Shown here: in pieces, positions 23,182-32,895 of the stretch | How positions within the stretch are numbered: position 1 is the first letter of the stretch | How the letters are laid out: every line of letters starts with the position of its first letter | Origin: a virus | Length of the DNA: 55,350 nt | Strand: one strand, 5' to 3' | Virus record (IMG/VR): IMGVR_UViG_3300025009_000017 | Notes under the pieces: generated by a model | What the model was told of the DNA's origin: nothing | What the model saw: the letters and a program-made list of their open reading frames with translations, nothing else | The model's database searches: none | Program-made: the position numbers and the translations under genes

Positions 23182-23979
23182 CTAACGCTTCATGGTTTTC
23201 TTGAACTCGACCTCATCCATGAACTCGAACTCGTAGATGATGTTGGTGCCTGCGGTCAGTCCGCCCACCGGAATGACCCGCTCCATGAAGAACGGCATAT
23301 CCGGCCGGATCAGGATCCCGGGCCAGTAGCGTCTGCGCTTGACTTCCTGCAGATGGTTGGCGACCCAGCGCCGGAAGGAACCCCACCTCCACCACTCCCA
23401 GTCGCCCTCGTCCACCAGTCTGACGAACCTGGAGCTGTCCAGGTAATACTTCAGCACGAAGCGGTTGGTGGTGTTCTGGCCGGCGGCTCCGGTGACGGCG
23501 ATGACGGGGTCAAGGGCGTTGTCGTCTTCGTAGCAGAACGAGTTCAGCACCCGGGAGTAATACTTCGGGTATAAAGTGAAATCCTGGTATGTGAGGCCCG
23601 GACCGAACCGGAAGTGCTTCATCATGGTATTGCCGGAGCGCTTCACCTGTTCGATGGGCTCATATTCCAGGACTAATACCGGCGGGTTGGCGTCTACCGC
23701 TGCGATCAGGGCCGCCGATGCGTTGTATTCCAATTCAAATTCCGAGTTCTGCGCCACGTACATGGGCTGGTCGAAGAAGTACGGATAGACAAACGGGGAA
23801 CATGGCAGGGTGTCCAGCCGTGCCCGTCCGTTGACCCTCAGCGTAAAGGTTACGCTGGAGGCCCAGGTGTCGTTTGTCTGGGGGTAACCGCGCAGATGAA
23901 AGCCTTTGATGGCCATGTTCATCGGCGCTTTGCGGACCTTGCGCCGGTTCTGCGGGTTGAGGACAAGTGCGTTCATCAT
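23182..23979 (-). CDS. Beta-rich structural protein, second capsid-protein candidate (265 aa)
   Basis: Lies immediately downstream of the capsid candidate. Has beta-strand-like alternating patterns (VTFTLRVNG, EFELEYN, VLVLEYE). Fold unknown. Confidence 0.6.
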   Translation of the reverse strand: MMNALVLNPQNRRKVRKAPMNMAIKGFHLRGYPQTNDTWASSVTFTLRVNGRARLDTLPCSPFVYPYFFDQPMYVAQNSEFELEYNASAALIAAVDANPPVLVLEYEPIEQVKRSGNTMMKHFRFGPGLTYQDFTLYPKYYSRVLNSFCYEDDNALDPVIAVTGAAGQNTTNRFVLKYYLDSSRFVRLVDEGDWEWWRWGSFRRWVANHLQEVKRRRYWPGILIRPDMPFFMERVIPVGGLTAGTNIIYEFEFMDEVEFKKTMKR

Positions 23980-24006
23980 AGTTCGTGATCTCCGTTTAAG
24001 TTTTTA

Positions 24007-24041
24007 CACAGGGGGCCGGATTGGATACCGGCTCCCCTGTG
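24007..24041 (-). other. Strong stem-loop downstream of the capsid candidate (no U-tract)
   Basis: CACAGGGGGCCGG-attggata-CCGGCTCCCCTGTG, 27 nt after the stop at 24068. Confidence 0.7.
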
Positions 24042-24067
24042 GGTTTGACTTTGCCTGCTCGTGGTGA

Positions 24068-24784
24068 TTAGCCGGCGTACAGCATCTGCGAGGCTTCGGT
24101 GATCAGGTCGCAGCTGACGTAGGTGTCGGCCGGGGCAGCAGCCAGGGCCGCCGGGAGTCTCATGGTGATGGAGAACTCGTCGTCCTTGCTGATGCTGATG
24201 GGGTCGATCTCGCGGGACGACTTCTTGAACATGAAGTAGCCGGCCATGGTGTCGTTCTGCGGGAAGGTGGCGTAGGAGGCGTTACCGACGCCGTCATCAA
24301 AGCCCCACTCGGTGTACTTTAACGGAGCCAGCATCTTCGAGGCGTCGATCCAGGGATGCTCGGTGTCGTTGACCTTCATCCGCACCAGGCCGTTGTTCAG
24401 CTGGTTCCAGGTCAGCATGAAGGCGTTGGCGATGACGAAAGTAGCCGCAGTGGTGACGATGATACCGGAGTGGTTGGTGGCGGTGGCACCCGAGCCGATG
24501 ATATACAGGCGCACGCCGAACAGCAAGGTGGCTACTTTGATGTAGTCATTCTTGAAGTTGCCCATCCACCAGGACAGGGCGCCGGCCGCCGGCCGGTTGG
24601 CGAAGAAGGTGATCTCCTGCTGTCCGGCCAGGCCGGTCAGGAGCTGCCGGTGGAACAGGGGGCCCATGCTGATCCGCACGATTTTCCGGACCTGTGCGAC
24701 CAGACCTTTTTGGGCACCCTGGGGCAACGACTGCTGACGGATCAGGCCGGTGCCGGTGCGGGGAACGATGTTGGGGTTGGCCAT
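24068..24784 (-). CDS. Putative major capsid/coat protein, fold unassigned (238 aa)
   Basis: AAGAGGAGAAAATACCC precedes the ATG, and a strong hairpin follows the gene. The sequence is beta-rich and small. The call rests on context only. Confidence 0.35.
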   Translation of the reverse strand: MANPNIVPRTGTGLIRQQSLPQGAQKGLVAQVRKIVRISMGPLFHRQLLTGLAGQQEITFFANRPAAGALSWWMGNFKNDYIKVATLLFGVRLYIIGSGATATNHSGIIVTTAATFVIANAFMLTWNQLNNGLVRMKVNDTEHPWIDASKMLAPLKYTEWGFDDGVGNASYATFPQNDTMAGYFMFKKSSREIDPISISKDDEFSITMRLPAALAAAPADTYVSCDLITEASQMLYAG

Positions 24785-24873
24785 GGGTATTTTCTCCTCT
24801 TGGATTTTGTACCACGATACTCCAATGCGTTAAAACATGCAAGGGAGATACGTGGCGTTAAGGGGTTTAAGGT

Positions 24874-26055
24874 TTACCGCAGTTCGGGGTTCTCGGTCAG
24901 GTCGTAGTCTCCGCCCACCAGGTTGTCGGTCATGGTGTCGTTGCCTTCGACGTATTCCCTGTCCTCGTTCTGGTCATAGGCGGAAACCGGGCTGTCTATG
25001 ACGTAACGCTCTGAGCCGTAAGCCTGCACGCCGGGGATGTTCTCGGAAGCCTGGACGCTGCGGTCGATGACCACATCGTCGCTGGCACCGATCATCTGGC
25101 CCACGTTGATGACGGGCTTGCCCTGGTATTCGATGCCGCCCAGGACATACAGGGCAGAACCGGCTACCATGCCGTCGGCCACCCTGTCAACCCACTCCTC
25201 ACGGGGCAGGAATGAACGGGCCATGCCCGGGACCACGACGCCGGTGATGGCGGCAGTGGCCAGTCTCTGCCAGATGGAGAGCTTGTCGCCGGCCTGTTTC
25301 TTGAACACGGACTGCATGATCTTCTCGACCACCAGGTCGTTCCCGTACTTGGCAGCGGCGACTCCGGCCACCACGCCCAGTGCGGTCTGTCCGCCGGAAA
25401 CCACGTTGCCCATGATGGCTTCCTTGGTGAAGTTGAACGAGGGATTGCCGAAGGCCGGGTTCATGGCGACCATGCCGCCGACTCTGCGCCGGTTGGCATA
25501 TTTACCGACCTGGGATCCGATGGTCGGCAGGGCCAGCCGTGAGGTGATGTAATCCTGGCGCTTGGAAGCCGCTTTGCTCTTCATGCCCAGCTTGGACTTC
25601 AGGGCATTCAGCTGACCGCGGAGATAGGCTTCGGTCTGCAACCGCTCACGCACCTTGCTGGTGATGTGCGGCACTCCGCCTTTTCCGGCTCTGCGGGCAT
25701 ACGCCTGCTCTAAGCCTTCGAAGCCGGTGCTCTGGATCTCGCTCCTGCGGGCCTTGGCCCGGGCGGAAGCTTTCTGGCGCAGGGCCAGGACCTGCTCGGT
25801 GGACAGGGTGACGGGGACCCGCATCCCGGACTTCTTGTGCTTCTTGTAGACGACCTTCGGGCCTGCGGTATGGATCCCCAGGTATGAACGGACGGAGGCG
25901 GCAGTCAGCTGGTATTTCTTCTCACCGGCAGCCCGCAGCTTCTCGTTTATCATCCTGGCGATCACATCGGGGGAGTGGCCTTGCTTGGCCAGCTGGTCAA
26001 TCGCCTTGACCGGACGCACTGCCGGGTTCTTGGCGATTTCGGCTATGGTAGCCAT
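24874..26055 (-). CDS. Structural protein with a basic N-terminal half and a hydrophobic/Gly-rich C-terminal half (393 aa)
   Basis: Lys/Arg-rich first 200 aa, then GGQTALGVVAGVAAA and TAAITGVVVPGMA segments. Confidence 0.65.
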   Translation of the reverse strand: MATIAEIAKNPAVRPVKAIDQLAKQGHSPDVIARMINEKLRAAGEKKYQLTAASVRSYLGIHTAGPKVVYKKHKKSGMRVPVTLSTEQVLALRQKASARAKARRSEIQSTGFEGLEQAYARRAGKGGVPHITSKVRERLQTEAYLRGQLNALKSKLGMKSKAASKRQDYITSRLALPTIGSQVGKYANRRRVGGMVAMNPAFGNPSFNFTKEAIMGNVVSGGQTALGVVAGVAAAKYGNDLVVEKIMQSVFKKQAGDKLSIWQRLATAAITGVVVPGMARSFLPREEWVDRVADGMVAGSALYVLGGIEYQGKPVINVGQMIGASDDVVIDRSVQASENIPGVQAYGSERYVIDSPVSAYDQNEDREYVEGNDTMTDNLVGGDYDLTENPELR

Positions 26056-26111
26056 TGGGTGTTCCTCCTATGGATGGATTGTAGTTGTGCCGTAGCTCAA
26101 AAGGCGGTTAA

Positions 26112-26795
26112 TTAAATTAAAGTAAAGTTCGGTTGTTCCTGAGCTTCACCCTCCGGCTCAACCTTTTTGCCCATCCTGAAGCTGGTGTACTGCAGAACGA
26201 ACGCCCGCTTGACCAGCTCTTTCAGGGACTCCAGATCATTTGTCGGCCACTCGATGCCTTCCGGGAACATGGACTTCAGAACTTTGGCGCTCTTGGAATT
26301 CAGGGCATCTCCGTAAAGGAACCTGTCGGCCTTCAGTGCCGAGTAAACCTGGACGAAGAACTTGCGGATGAGCAGCGCATCCTGATAAGCCTGATTCTCC
26401 GCCTGCCTCTCAAATTGCTTCATGCTGTCGTAGTGTTCCATCGTGGACTGCTCGGGAGGAAAGCCGCTTTTAAGGAGGTCCAGGTATCTGAAGGAAAGGA
26501 TCTTCTCGATGGTGGAGGCTCCCAGTGAGATCTCCTCGCCGTTGTAATTCCCGGTTGACAGCTCGGACTTGATCTGATTGATTATGTCGCCCTTCTTCCC
26601 GAGATCCTCCTTGAGCCTGACCGCCCGGTCGTGTATCCACCGCCAGAGTTCCTGGGTAATGACGATCCTGCCTCCGGTCCTCCCCGAGTAAGTGGTGGCC
26701 TTCTTCCCCACCTCGTCCGGCGGATTGTCCTTGCGGTTGCACTCCACCACCACTTCCCTGACCGGCTCGGCCGGGTTCATCATCACTGCTTTCAT
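26112..26795 (-). CDS. Hypothetical protein (227 aa)
   Basis: Lies within the late gene train. Confidence 0.65.
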   Translation of the reverse strand: MKAVMMNPAEPVREVVVECNRKDNPPDEVGKKATTYSGRTGGRIVITQELWRWIHDRAVRLKEDLGKKGDIINQIKSELSTGNYNGEEISLGASTIEKILSFRYLDLLKSGFPPEQSTMEHYDSMKQFERQAENQAYQDALLIRKFFVQVYSALKADRFLYGDALNSKSAKVLKSMFPEGIEWPTNDLESLKELVKRAFVLQYTSFRMGKKVEPEGEAQEQPNFTLI

Positions 26796-26796
26796 G

Positions 26797-27006
26797 TTAA
26801 TCCCAATTCAAAGTGTCCAATATTCCTTTGAGCATTTCGGACCTGGTGTAGAACTCCCGCCAGAATTGTTTCCGCTCCCAGCGCTTGACCCCGTTGGCCT
26901 TGAAGATCTCATCCAGGGTCTGCAGCAGGTAGGCCATTTTGTAAAGTTTGCGCTTCAGGTGCCACAGCCGGAAGTTCCAGATCTTCTTCAGTATCCACGT
27001 CTTCAT
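26797..27006 (-). CDS. Small basic Trp-rich protein (69 aa)
   Basis: Minus-strand ORF. The next ATG lies 1 nt after its stop. Confidence 0.55.
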   Translation of the reverse strand: MKTWILKKIWNFRLWHLKRKLYKMAYLLQTLDEIFKANGVKRWERKQFWREFYTRSEMLKGILDTLNWD

Positions 27007-27030
27007 TTCTTCACCCCTTCTTTTATATTG

Positions 27031-27438
27031 TCAGTCCATTATTCCCCTGTCAGTCACCTGGTATTTGCCTCCCACCAGGTAGAGCTGGCGGATGTTGTTG
27101 GGATCCAGGGCCAGGTGCGGAGCGTTCTGCGGTTTGAACTGGTGGAAGTATGGCTGCCATCCCTGGTCGCCTTTGGGCTGCATGGTCAGTATGGCGGCCA
27201 CCACTCCCAGGTGGGTCATGGCGCATCGTGCGCCCATCTTCTTGGTCCACTCCCTGAAGTTGATCCTGGTCCCGTCGGCGAACTCTACCACTTCGGGCAT
27301 CGGGATCTCGGCCTCGATCAGCTCACCCTGGAGGTTATTGTTCCAGAGAAATTTCTTGTAAAGCTCGGCCGACTTCTTGATCTGGTCTTCCAGAGAAACC
27401 ATCTCGGACATAAATCCGTTGTTAAAGCTCATGCTCAT
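27031..27438 (-). CDS. Hypothetical protein (135 aa)
   Basis: ATGA-type overlap with 27435..27710. Confidence 0.65.
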   Translation of the reverse strand: MSMSFNNGFMSEMVSLEDQIKKSAELYKKFLWNNNLQGELIEAEIPMPEVVEFADGTRINFREWTKKMGARCAMTHLGVVAAILTMQPKGDQGWQPYFHQFKPQNAPHLALDPNNIRQLYLVGGKYQVTDRGIMD

Positions 27439-27710
27439 CCGAGCGCCTCGTCAATGTCGTTTATGGTGATGTGAACGGCCCCGTTTTTGATGTTCTTCAG
27501 GCCGTGCAGTTTGACCAGGTCTCCGTTCTCGGCATACTGGCTGTCGATGTGCCTCATCACCGAGCGGGCCGGACATTCGTCTTCAAGTTCCAGGCAGGTA
27601 TCGCAGGCTGATGGTCCGGCCTTGATCCTGATGAGGCACTGCATCGTTTCATCGTGGCAGAGCTTGTAGATTTTCCTGGCCTGTGCATGAAAGGAACAAT
27701 TCACGTTCAC
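27435..27710 (-). CDS. Cys-rich hypothetical protein (91 aa)
   Basis: Contains C...C...C..C...C. Confidence 0.6.
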   Translation of the reverse strand: MNVNCSFHAQARKIYKLCHDETMQCLIRIKAGPSACDTCLELEDECPARSVMRHIDSQYAENGDLVKLHGLKNIKNGAVHITINDIDEALG

Positions 27711-27724
27711 CCCTTTTCAAAAAA

Positions 27725-29059
27725 TTACTTTGGACCCGTGATTCCTTTCATCAGGTTCCCCGCCAGCCCCCCGCCCTGGAGGGCACTCATGCTCTGTTGT
27801 ATCCAGCCCTTCTTGTATGCGATCCATCCTATCAAGAATACGCCAGCACCTACGGCGAAAGGGGCCCAAGGAATGTCCATGCTCTTTTTGTTGTCCACCC
27901 CTTTGTCCTGGACTTCCTTCAGGTTCTTCTGAACCTGTTCTTCCTGCTTGATGATGGCGTCCCGTTCGACTGCGGTGATCTTGCCGGCCTTGAAATCCTC
28001 CCAGGCTTTTCTCTGGCGCTCCGCAGACTCGTCGATGCCGGCGATGGTCTTTGAGTTGATCTTGTAGTTGTTCTGACGGGTGATCACCTCGGCTCCGGCG
28101 GCCAACGCTTTGCTCATGGTGAATACCAGACCAACCACTATGATGCCAACCATTATCACGCCCACTGGAACTCCCACCTGGTCTGCCGGTATCTTGTCGC
28201 CCGAGATCAGTGTGGCCGTAACCCTGGTCCCGCTTGCAGAGGTCAGTGAACCTTTTCCTTCGGTCTGGGCCAGACGGACCGCCGTGTTCAATGCGTCGTA
28301 GAATGAATTGTCCTTTGAGGCAAACCCTTTGATGGTCGGCTCCATTGCGTAGAGCTGGTCCATCAGTTTCTTTGAGGCGGAGCTGTATCCGTCGAGGATG
28401 ATCTTCACATCGGGGTCTGTCACCTGTTTGCCCTGGGATAATGCCAGCGTCCTGAAGTTGCGAAGCTGCCGGTCGCAGTATTGTTTCTGTATCAGGGTGT
28501 TGGCCCAGACGGAACAGAAGTCGTTGATGTTCTTCTCGGCTTGGGCAATCTGGGCCGGAGTATAAATGACAGCCTTCGCCACCTGTGTCGTTTTCGCTAT
28601 GAACTTGGCCGGGTCGAAGATCTTTCCGAAGGTGATCTTGGCGTCTTCTTTAATGTTCTCCAGGGTTCCCAGATAAGATGTCGCAACGTCGAGTTTTGAC
28701 TTCAGAGCCTTCATCAGCACCGGGTCGGTCAGGGCCTTGTCCCAGTTGGCGTCAACGTAATCCAGGATATTCAGGGCTGATCGTTTCTGCTGGTCGTTTA
28801 TCTTCGCGGACTTCTTGATCGGGTCATAGGCCGCCTGGAACTCCGGGTGCTTTGGGTTGTAGTCTCCGATGGCTTTCTCACCTGCCCCCACTCCGCTGAT
28901 GCTGGTGTCGGGCTCCGGCGCTGTGGTCGGGATCTGACGGACTGCGTAGATGATGTCGTCCCCGGGCTTCGGAAGCTTGGCGATGTCCATCTGGGTCATC
29001 TTTTCCCTCTCGGGTCCGCTTCTCAGCGGATCACCCTGACCGATCTGTGCATAGCTCAT
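27725..29059 (-). CDS. Membrane-spanning structural protein (444 aa)
   Basis: Central TM segment VGVIMVGIIVVGLVFTM and C-terminal WAPFAVGAGVFLIGWIAY. The N-terminus MSYAQIGQG resembles MSYAIQGQVG of 29645..31069. Confidence 0.7.
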   Translation of the reverse strand: MSYAQIGQGDPLRSGPEREKMTQMDIAKLPKPGDDIIYAVRQIPTTAPEPDTSISGVGAGEKAIGDYNPKHPEFQAAYDPIKKSAKINDQQKRSALNILDYVDANWDKALTDPVLMKALKSKLDVATSYLGTLENIKEDAKITFGKIFDPAKFIAKTTQVAKAVIYTPAQIAQAEKNINDFCSVWANTLIQKQYCDRQLRNFRTLALSQGKQVTDPDVKIILDGYSSASKKLMDQLYAMEPTIKGFASKDNSFYDALNTAVRLAQTEGKGSLTSASGTRVTATLISGDKIPADQVGVPVGVIMVGIIVVGLVFTMSKALAAGAEVITRQNNYKINSKTIAGIDESAERQRKAWEDFKAGKITAVERDAIIKQEEQVQKNLKEVQDKGVDNKKSMDIPWAPFAVGAGVFLIGWIAYKKGWIQQSMSALQGGGLAGNLMKGITGPK

Positions 29060-29068
29060 TGCAGTTTC

Positions 29069-29338
29069 CTATCTCGCTCTTTTGATTATGATTTTCCACA
29101 TCTTGCCTTCCGGTATCAGGCTCACCCAACCCCGGGCCACCAGTTCACGGGTCCAGTTCATCAGGGTTCCCTCGGCCAGCGCTTTGGTGAAGGGGTTCAG
29201 TCCGCGGATCCCTCCGGTGGCCATCAGGTCATTCACGCCTTTTACCAGGGTTTGAACGTCCCCGTCCGGAACCACAAATGTAGCCGTCATGGTCGTGGTG
29301 TCGACGAGGATCTTGGCGTTCATTTGCAGTATGGCCAT
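29069..29338 (-). CDS. Hypothetical protein (89 aa)
   Basis: Lies within the late gene train. Confidence 0.6.
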   Translation of the reverse strand: MAILQMNAKILVDTTTMTATFVVPDGDVQTLVKGVNDLMATGGIRGLNPFTKALAEGTLMNWTRELVARGWVSLIPEGKMWKIIIKRAR

Positions 29339-29339
29339 G

Positions 29340-29621
29340 TTACACCTTCATTCCGAGTTTGTCCGCCATCAGCAGGTAGGCTTTGTCGATTCCGTTGGAG
29401 AGCATTCTGGACTGCTGTTCCACCTGGTCCACCGCCTGCTTGTTGCCGATTGCCGAGTTGATGCTTCCGGCCGCCTGCAGCTGAACGAGCTGCTGTTCCA
29501 TTCCGTTTGCCTGCTGAAGCAGGGCCATCACTTCCTCTGCTGTTTTCCGGACCTGCTCCTGAATGACCGGCTCCAGGGCTTTGCGCTGGTCGGCGAAGAC
29601 TGTTTTGATTATGTTTCCCAT
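29340..29621 (-). CDS. Hypothetical helical protein (93 aa)
   Basis: Lies within the late gene train. Confidence 0.6.
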   Translation of the reverse strand: MGNIIKTVFADQRKALEPVIQEQVRKTAEEVMALLQQANGMEQQLVQLQAAGSINSAIGNKQAVDQVEQQSRMLSNGIDKAYLLMADKLGMKV

Positions 29622-29644
29622 TTTTCACCCCTTTGTTTTATGGT

Positions 29645-31069
29645 TTATTTATTGCGTTTGGCCATCATCTTCTTGACGAGGAACCCTCCGCCGAGGATCA
29701 GGGCGCTCCCTCCGAGTATCACTCCGACCTTTCCGGTGGTGGTTCCCCAGACCTTCTGCACCATGCTGTCGGAAACCTTGACCACCACACCGCCACGGAC
29801 TGCCACCGGAACCTGCGCCCTCACGACCTCGCCCTTCTTCACTGTGTCGCCCGGCTTCACGTCCCGGGTCACATCGGCTCCGACATCGTAACCCACCACG
29901 AACGGGGTGTTGGCCGGGACCGGAGTGCCTTCGGTGATGGTTGGGTACTGGGCGGTCTTGCTGAGGTCAACTGCGGCCTGGGCTTCGGTCTTGCCGGTCT
30001 GGTTCTGGGCAGTGGTGATGGAAGTGCCGAGGTTCTGGCTCTTGGGGTCTGAAGAATTGGTCAGGGCTGTGGCTGCGACAGCCAGATCCTGCTGGGTGGG
30101 TTTGGCCTTCAGCTTCTCGGCTTCAAGTTTGATGAACGACTCGTTCACCTTGGCCATCCGTTCCGCCTGAATCAGAAATATATTCGTGCTCCCATCGGCA
30201 GTTTTCTCACCGGCTATTGATGCGGCATTTGCTTCCATGCCGAGAGCTGCCTGGGAATTGGCTGTCCCTTGAGTTTTGTTCTTGGATCCATCGTTGATTA
30301 CCTTCGGATAATAAACGCCCATGATCCACTGATTGAACGGGTCCAATGCCCACCGGAGCATATTGTAGTCGTTCAGACCGGGGTTCCAGTACTTGACGCT
30401 GGTATCGTTGGCCCACCTTCCGGCAGGGCTGGCATGAAAAGCATCCACTATTTTCTGCATTTCAGCCTGAGCAGTTTTGAAGGTCTCTATGACAGCTTCC
30501 CGCTGTTTCATCTTTTCCTTCATCCCGCCGCCGAACAGATTCTTGATGGCGTTCTGTATTGAGACCGCTTTGCCAACCAAGCCGGTCGGGTCTACCGCAG
30601 CTGCGGTCTGGACCACCGGGTCATCCGCCAGGGCTCCCACCTGGGCATCCGGGTTGGCCAGTTTATAAGCGATGATCACCTTCATGGCCGCATGGCGCTG
30701 CATGGCGTTCATCCTGGGCAGTTCTCGTATCAACTGCTGGATGGCCTCCGCTGTCAGGGCGGTGCCGGTAACCACTCCGTCAGTTACCACAACCTTGACG
30801 CCGTCCTTCTGCATCTTCTGCGTGGTGATCTTCCGGCCTTCAGGTCTTCCGCCGGTTGAGGATCCACGGCCGCCCTTCTGCTCACCCGGATAACCCACCT
30901 GGGCATCCATGCCCTCGTCCATGGTGTTGTAATTCTGGCTCTGGCTGGTGCCGTAGGCCATCCGGTTCCCGGTGGACGACATCGTAAGACTGCCCTTGGC
31001 TCCCACCTGACGTGAAACCTGCCGTCTCCGGCGGGCGACTCCGACCTGGCCTTGAATTGCGTAAGACAT
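29645..31069 (-). CDS. Large structural protein with a C-terminal TM anchor and a barrel-sandwich-like GDTVKKGEVV segment (474 aa)
   Basis: The C-terminus VGVILGGSALILGGGFLV is hydrophobic. VKPGDTVKKGEVVRAQ resembles lipoyl/hybrid-barrel motifs. Confidence 0.7.
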   Translation of the reverse strand: MSYAIQGQVGVARRRRQVSRQVGAKGSLTMSSTGNRMAYGTSQSQNYNTMDEGMDAQVGYPGEQKGGRGSSTGGRPEGRKITTQKMQKDGVKVVVTDGVVTGTALTAEAIQQLIRELPRMNAMQRHAAMKVIIAYKLANPDAQVGALADDPVVQTAAAVDPTGLVGKAVSIQNAIKNLFGGGMKEKMKQREAVIETFKTAQAEMQKIVDAFHASPAGRWANDTSVKYWNPGLNDYNMLRWALDPFNQWIMGVYYPKVINDGSKNKTQGTANSQAALGMEANAASIAGEKTADGSTNIFLIQAERMAKVNESFIKLEAEKLKAKPTQQDLAVAATALTNSSDPKSQNLGTSITTAQNQTGKTEAQAAVDLSKTAQYPTITEGTPVPANTPFVVGYDVGADVTRDVKPGDTVKKGEVVRAQVPVAVRGGVVVKVSDSMVQKVWGTTTGKVGVILGGSALILGGGFLVKKMMAKRNK

Positions 31070-31093
31070 AGTTCATGCTCCTGTTAATTTGGT

Positions 31094-31708
31094 TTATCTG
31101 ATTTCCACCCCGTCAACCCTGGCGTAGTACCTGGTCATTGGGACCACAGTCTTGCGCTGTTCTCCGAACTTCAGAGTGGTTGACGATGTTTCCATGGGGA
31201 CCCATCCGTCAGAGGTTCTCATCACCGCGGGATTCTTTCTCACGAAGTCTTCCACCTGGCTGTCAACCTTCAGCTCTGGATAAACGTGGTTGATGGTTTT
31301 CTGGTTGGGTGCATACTGCGACTGCCACGCTCCCACCGCCCGGGCGGTGTATCTTCGGTTAAAGCAAAGAGCCAGCATCATTGTGCATTTTCCGTCACAG
31401 TCTTCCATCGGCTGAACCTTGGAGCCTTCGTAAAGATAATCCCATATCTGCCTGGCCATCTCCTTCGGCCAGATTATCATTTCGGCAGTGATCGGGTCGG
31501 GGTGATATCTTATCACCTTCTGGCAGACGTAAAACAATTTCTCAACAGGAGTGGATCCTTCCAGCTTCGGATCCTGGATTATTCTCTGGGCCAGCATATG
31601 CACCTGGGGAGACCAGCTGCCCTCAACTGCCAGCTCCACCACCCGGATTATCGTCGGGTCCTGGATTGTCTTGAGGTTCTGGGTTACCCTGCCCGCCATC
31701 TGGTCCAT
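31094..31708 (-). CDS. Transglutaminase-like (Cys-His-Asp) domain protein (204 aa)
   Basis: DCDGKCTMMLALCFNRRYTARAVG (Cys motif) is followed by INHVYPE and SDGWVPMETS, consistent with the transglutaminase-core pattern. AAGGAGCGGAGCAAC precedes the ATG. Confidence 0.5.
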   Translation of the reverse strand: MDQMAGRVTQNLKTIQDPTIIRVVELAVEGSWSPQVHMLAQRIIQDPKLEGSTPVEKLFYVCQKVIRYHPDPITAEMIIWPKEMARQIWDYLYEGSKVQPMEDCDGKCTMMLALCFNRRYTARAVGAWQSQYAPNQKTINHVYPELKVDSQVEDFVRKNPAVMRTSDGWVPMETSSTTLKFGEQRKTVVPMTRYYARVDGVEIR

Positions 31709-32753
31709 GTTGCTCCGCTCCTTGCTGTGGTTTCTGGTCTTCGTCGGCCGTGTAGATCTCGTTCAGGGCTTCCTGCTGTCCTTCGATCCGGCCCCGGTCC
31801 ACCGAGGTCTTGATAATCATTTCCATCTGCTTCTTGGCCACGATGTAGAGGCCCCGGTCTTCCAGCGCTTTGGCCAGCTGCGGCACGATGGGTTCCAACA
31901 GCATTCCCAGATCAAAGCCGAATATGTTCAGGCTGTTCTTCTCGCCGATGATGTCCTTGATGGCTTCCACCAGCGTCATGGCATTCCCGCCTTCGGGGTC
32001 TATCTGCGAAACTCCCTGGACCTCCTGAACCCTTTTCGCTACCAGGGCCTGCTTCGCCTCGAACGCCATGTCCTCCCGTTCCCACCGGCGGGCCCGCTCC
32101 GCTCTCCTGGTCTCCAGCTCATCGCGCTTCTCCTCGATCTGGAACTGGGTGGCCGCCATCATCGCTTCCTTCTGGACTGACAGGGCGTTCTTCAGGACCT
32201 CCTGCATCTGTTCGGCCTGGGACTGCTTCTGGTTCGCCGTCTGGTCCAGCATCCGGAGAAACATCTTTTCCATCAGGGTTCCGCCCTGGAGCTCGCCTTC
32301 GCTCTCGTCTCCGAAGATGGACTTGGCCGGCCGGTTCACTTTTTTCTCCAGCTCCTCCAGCTTGGCCATCACCGACTCCAGCACTGCTGTCACCTCGCTG
32401 CCGATCCCCTGGTCGTTTTCTTCCTCGGTGCCTTCCTCCTGGTGGGCTGCCGCTTCCAGCGGGTGCGGGGTCTGACGCATCACGTCGACTGTCTTCTGGG
32501 TTATGACCACCCCGGTCTCTTTGTTCTTGGCGACCAAATAAAAACGGCCCACGCCAAACTGCTTTTCTAAATCCTCCGAGTCAAGGTAGCCTTCAATGGG
32601 CTGACCTTGCGTAAGATTCTCTCGCTGTTTGTTTGGGCCGATGGAGTAAACATAGATCGCTATTTTCTCCTGTGGCACTTCCCGGACCATGCGGTCATCG
32701 AAGGCAGTGCCTAAAAGTTCTCTCGCTGAGACCTTTCTCTCTTCCAGGTCCAT
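31623..32753 (-). CDS. Coiled-coil-rich protein, possible scaffold (376 aa), first gene of the late unit
   Basis: AAGGGGGTGAGAGT precedes the ATG. Long Glu/Gln/Lys-rich helical middle. The tail overlaps the next gene by 86 nt. Confidence 0.65.
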   Translation of the reverse strand: MDLEERKVSARELLGTAFDDRMVREVPQEKIAIYVYSIGPNKQRENLTQGQPIEGYLDSEDLEKQFGVGRFYLVAKNKETGVVITQKTVDVMRQTPHPLEAAAHQEEGTEEENDQGIGSEVTAVLESVMAKLEELEKKVNRPAKSIFGDESEGELQGGTLMEKMFLRMLDQTANQKQSQAEQMQEVLKNALSVQKEAMMAATQFQIEEKRDELETRRAERARRWEREDMAFEAKQALVAKRVQEVQGVSQIDPEGGNAMTLVEAIKDIIGEKNSLNIFGFDLGMLLEPIVPQLAKALEDRGLYIVAKKQMEMIIKTSVDRGRIEGQQEALNEIYTADEDQKPQQGAEQHGPDGGQGNPEPQDNPGPDDNPGGGAGS

Positions 32754-32785
32754 ACTCTCACCCCCTTTTTTATGTTAGGGTGCGA

Positions 32786-32814
32786 ATTATACGCAGTTAG
32801 TTTTAAAAAGTCAA
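32786..32814 (-). promoter_or_regulatory. Near-consensus sigma70 promoter for the late/structural unit
   Basis: On the minus strand: TTGACT, a 17-nt spacer, TATAAT, then about 30 nt to the SD of 31623..32753. Confidence 0.8.
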
Positions 32815-32895
32815 GAGAAATCTTCAGTAATAAAAGAAAAATCTTTAGTTTATTAACACTTTGTAAACATTACTTGTGGTGCAGATTACTTTCAA

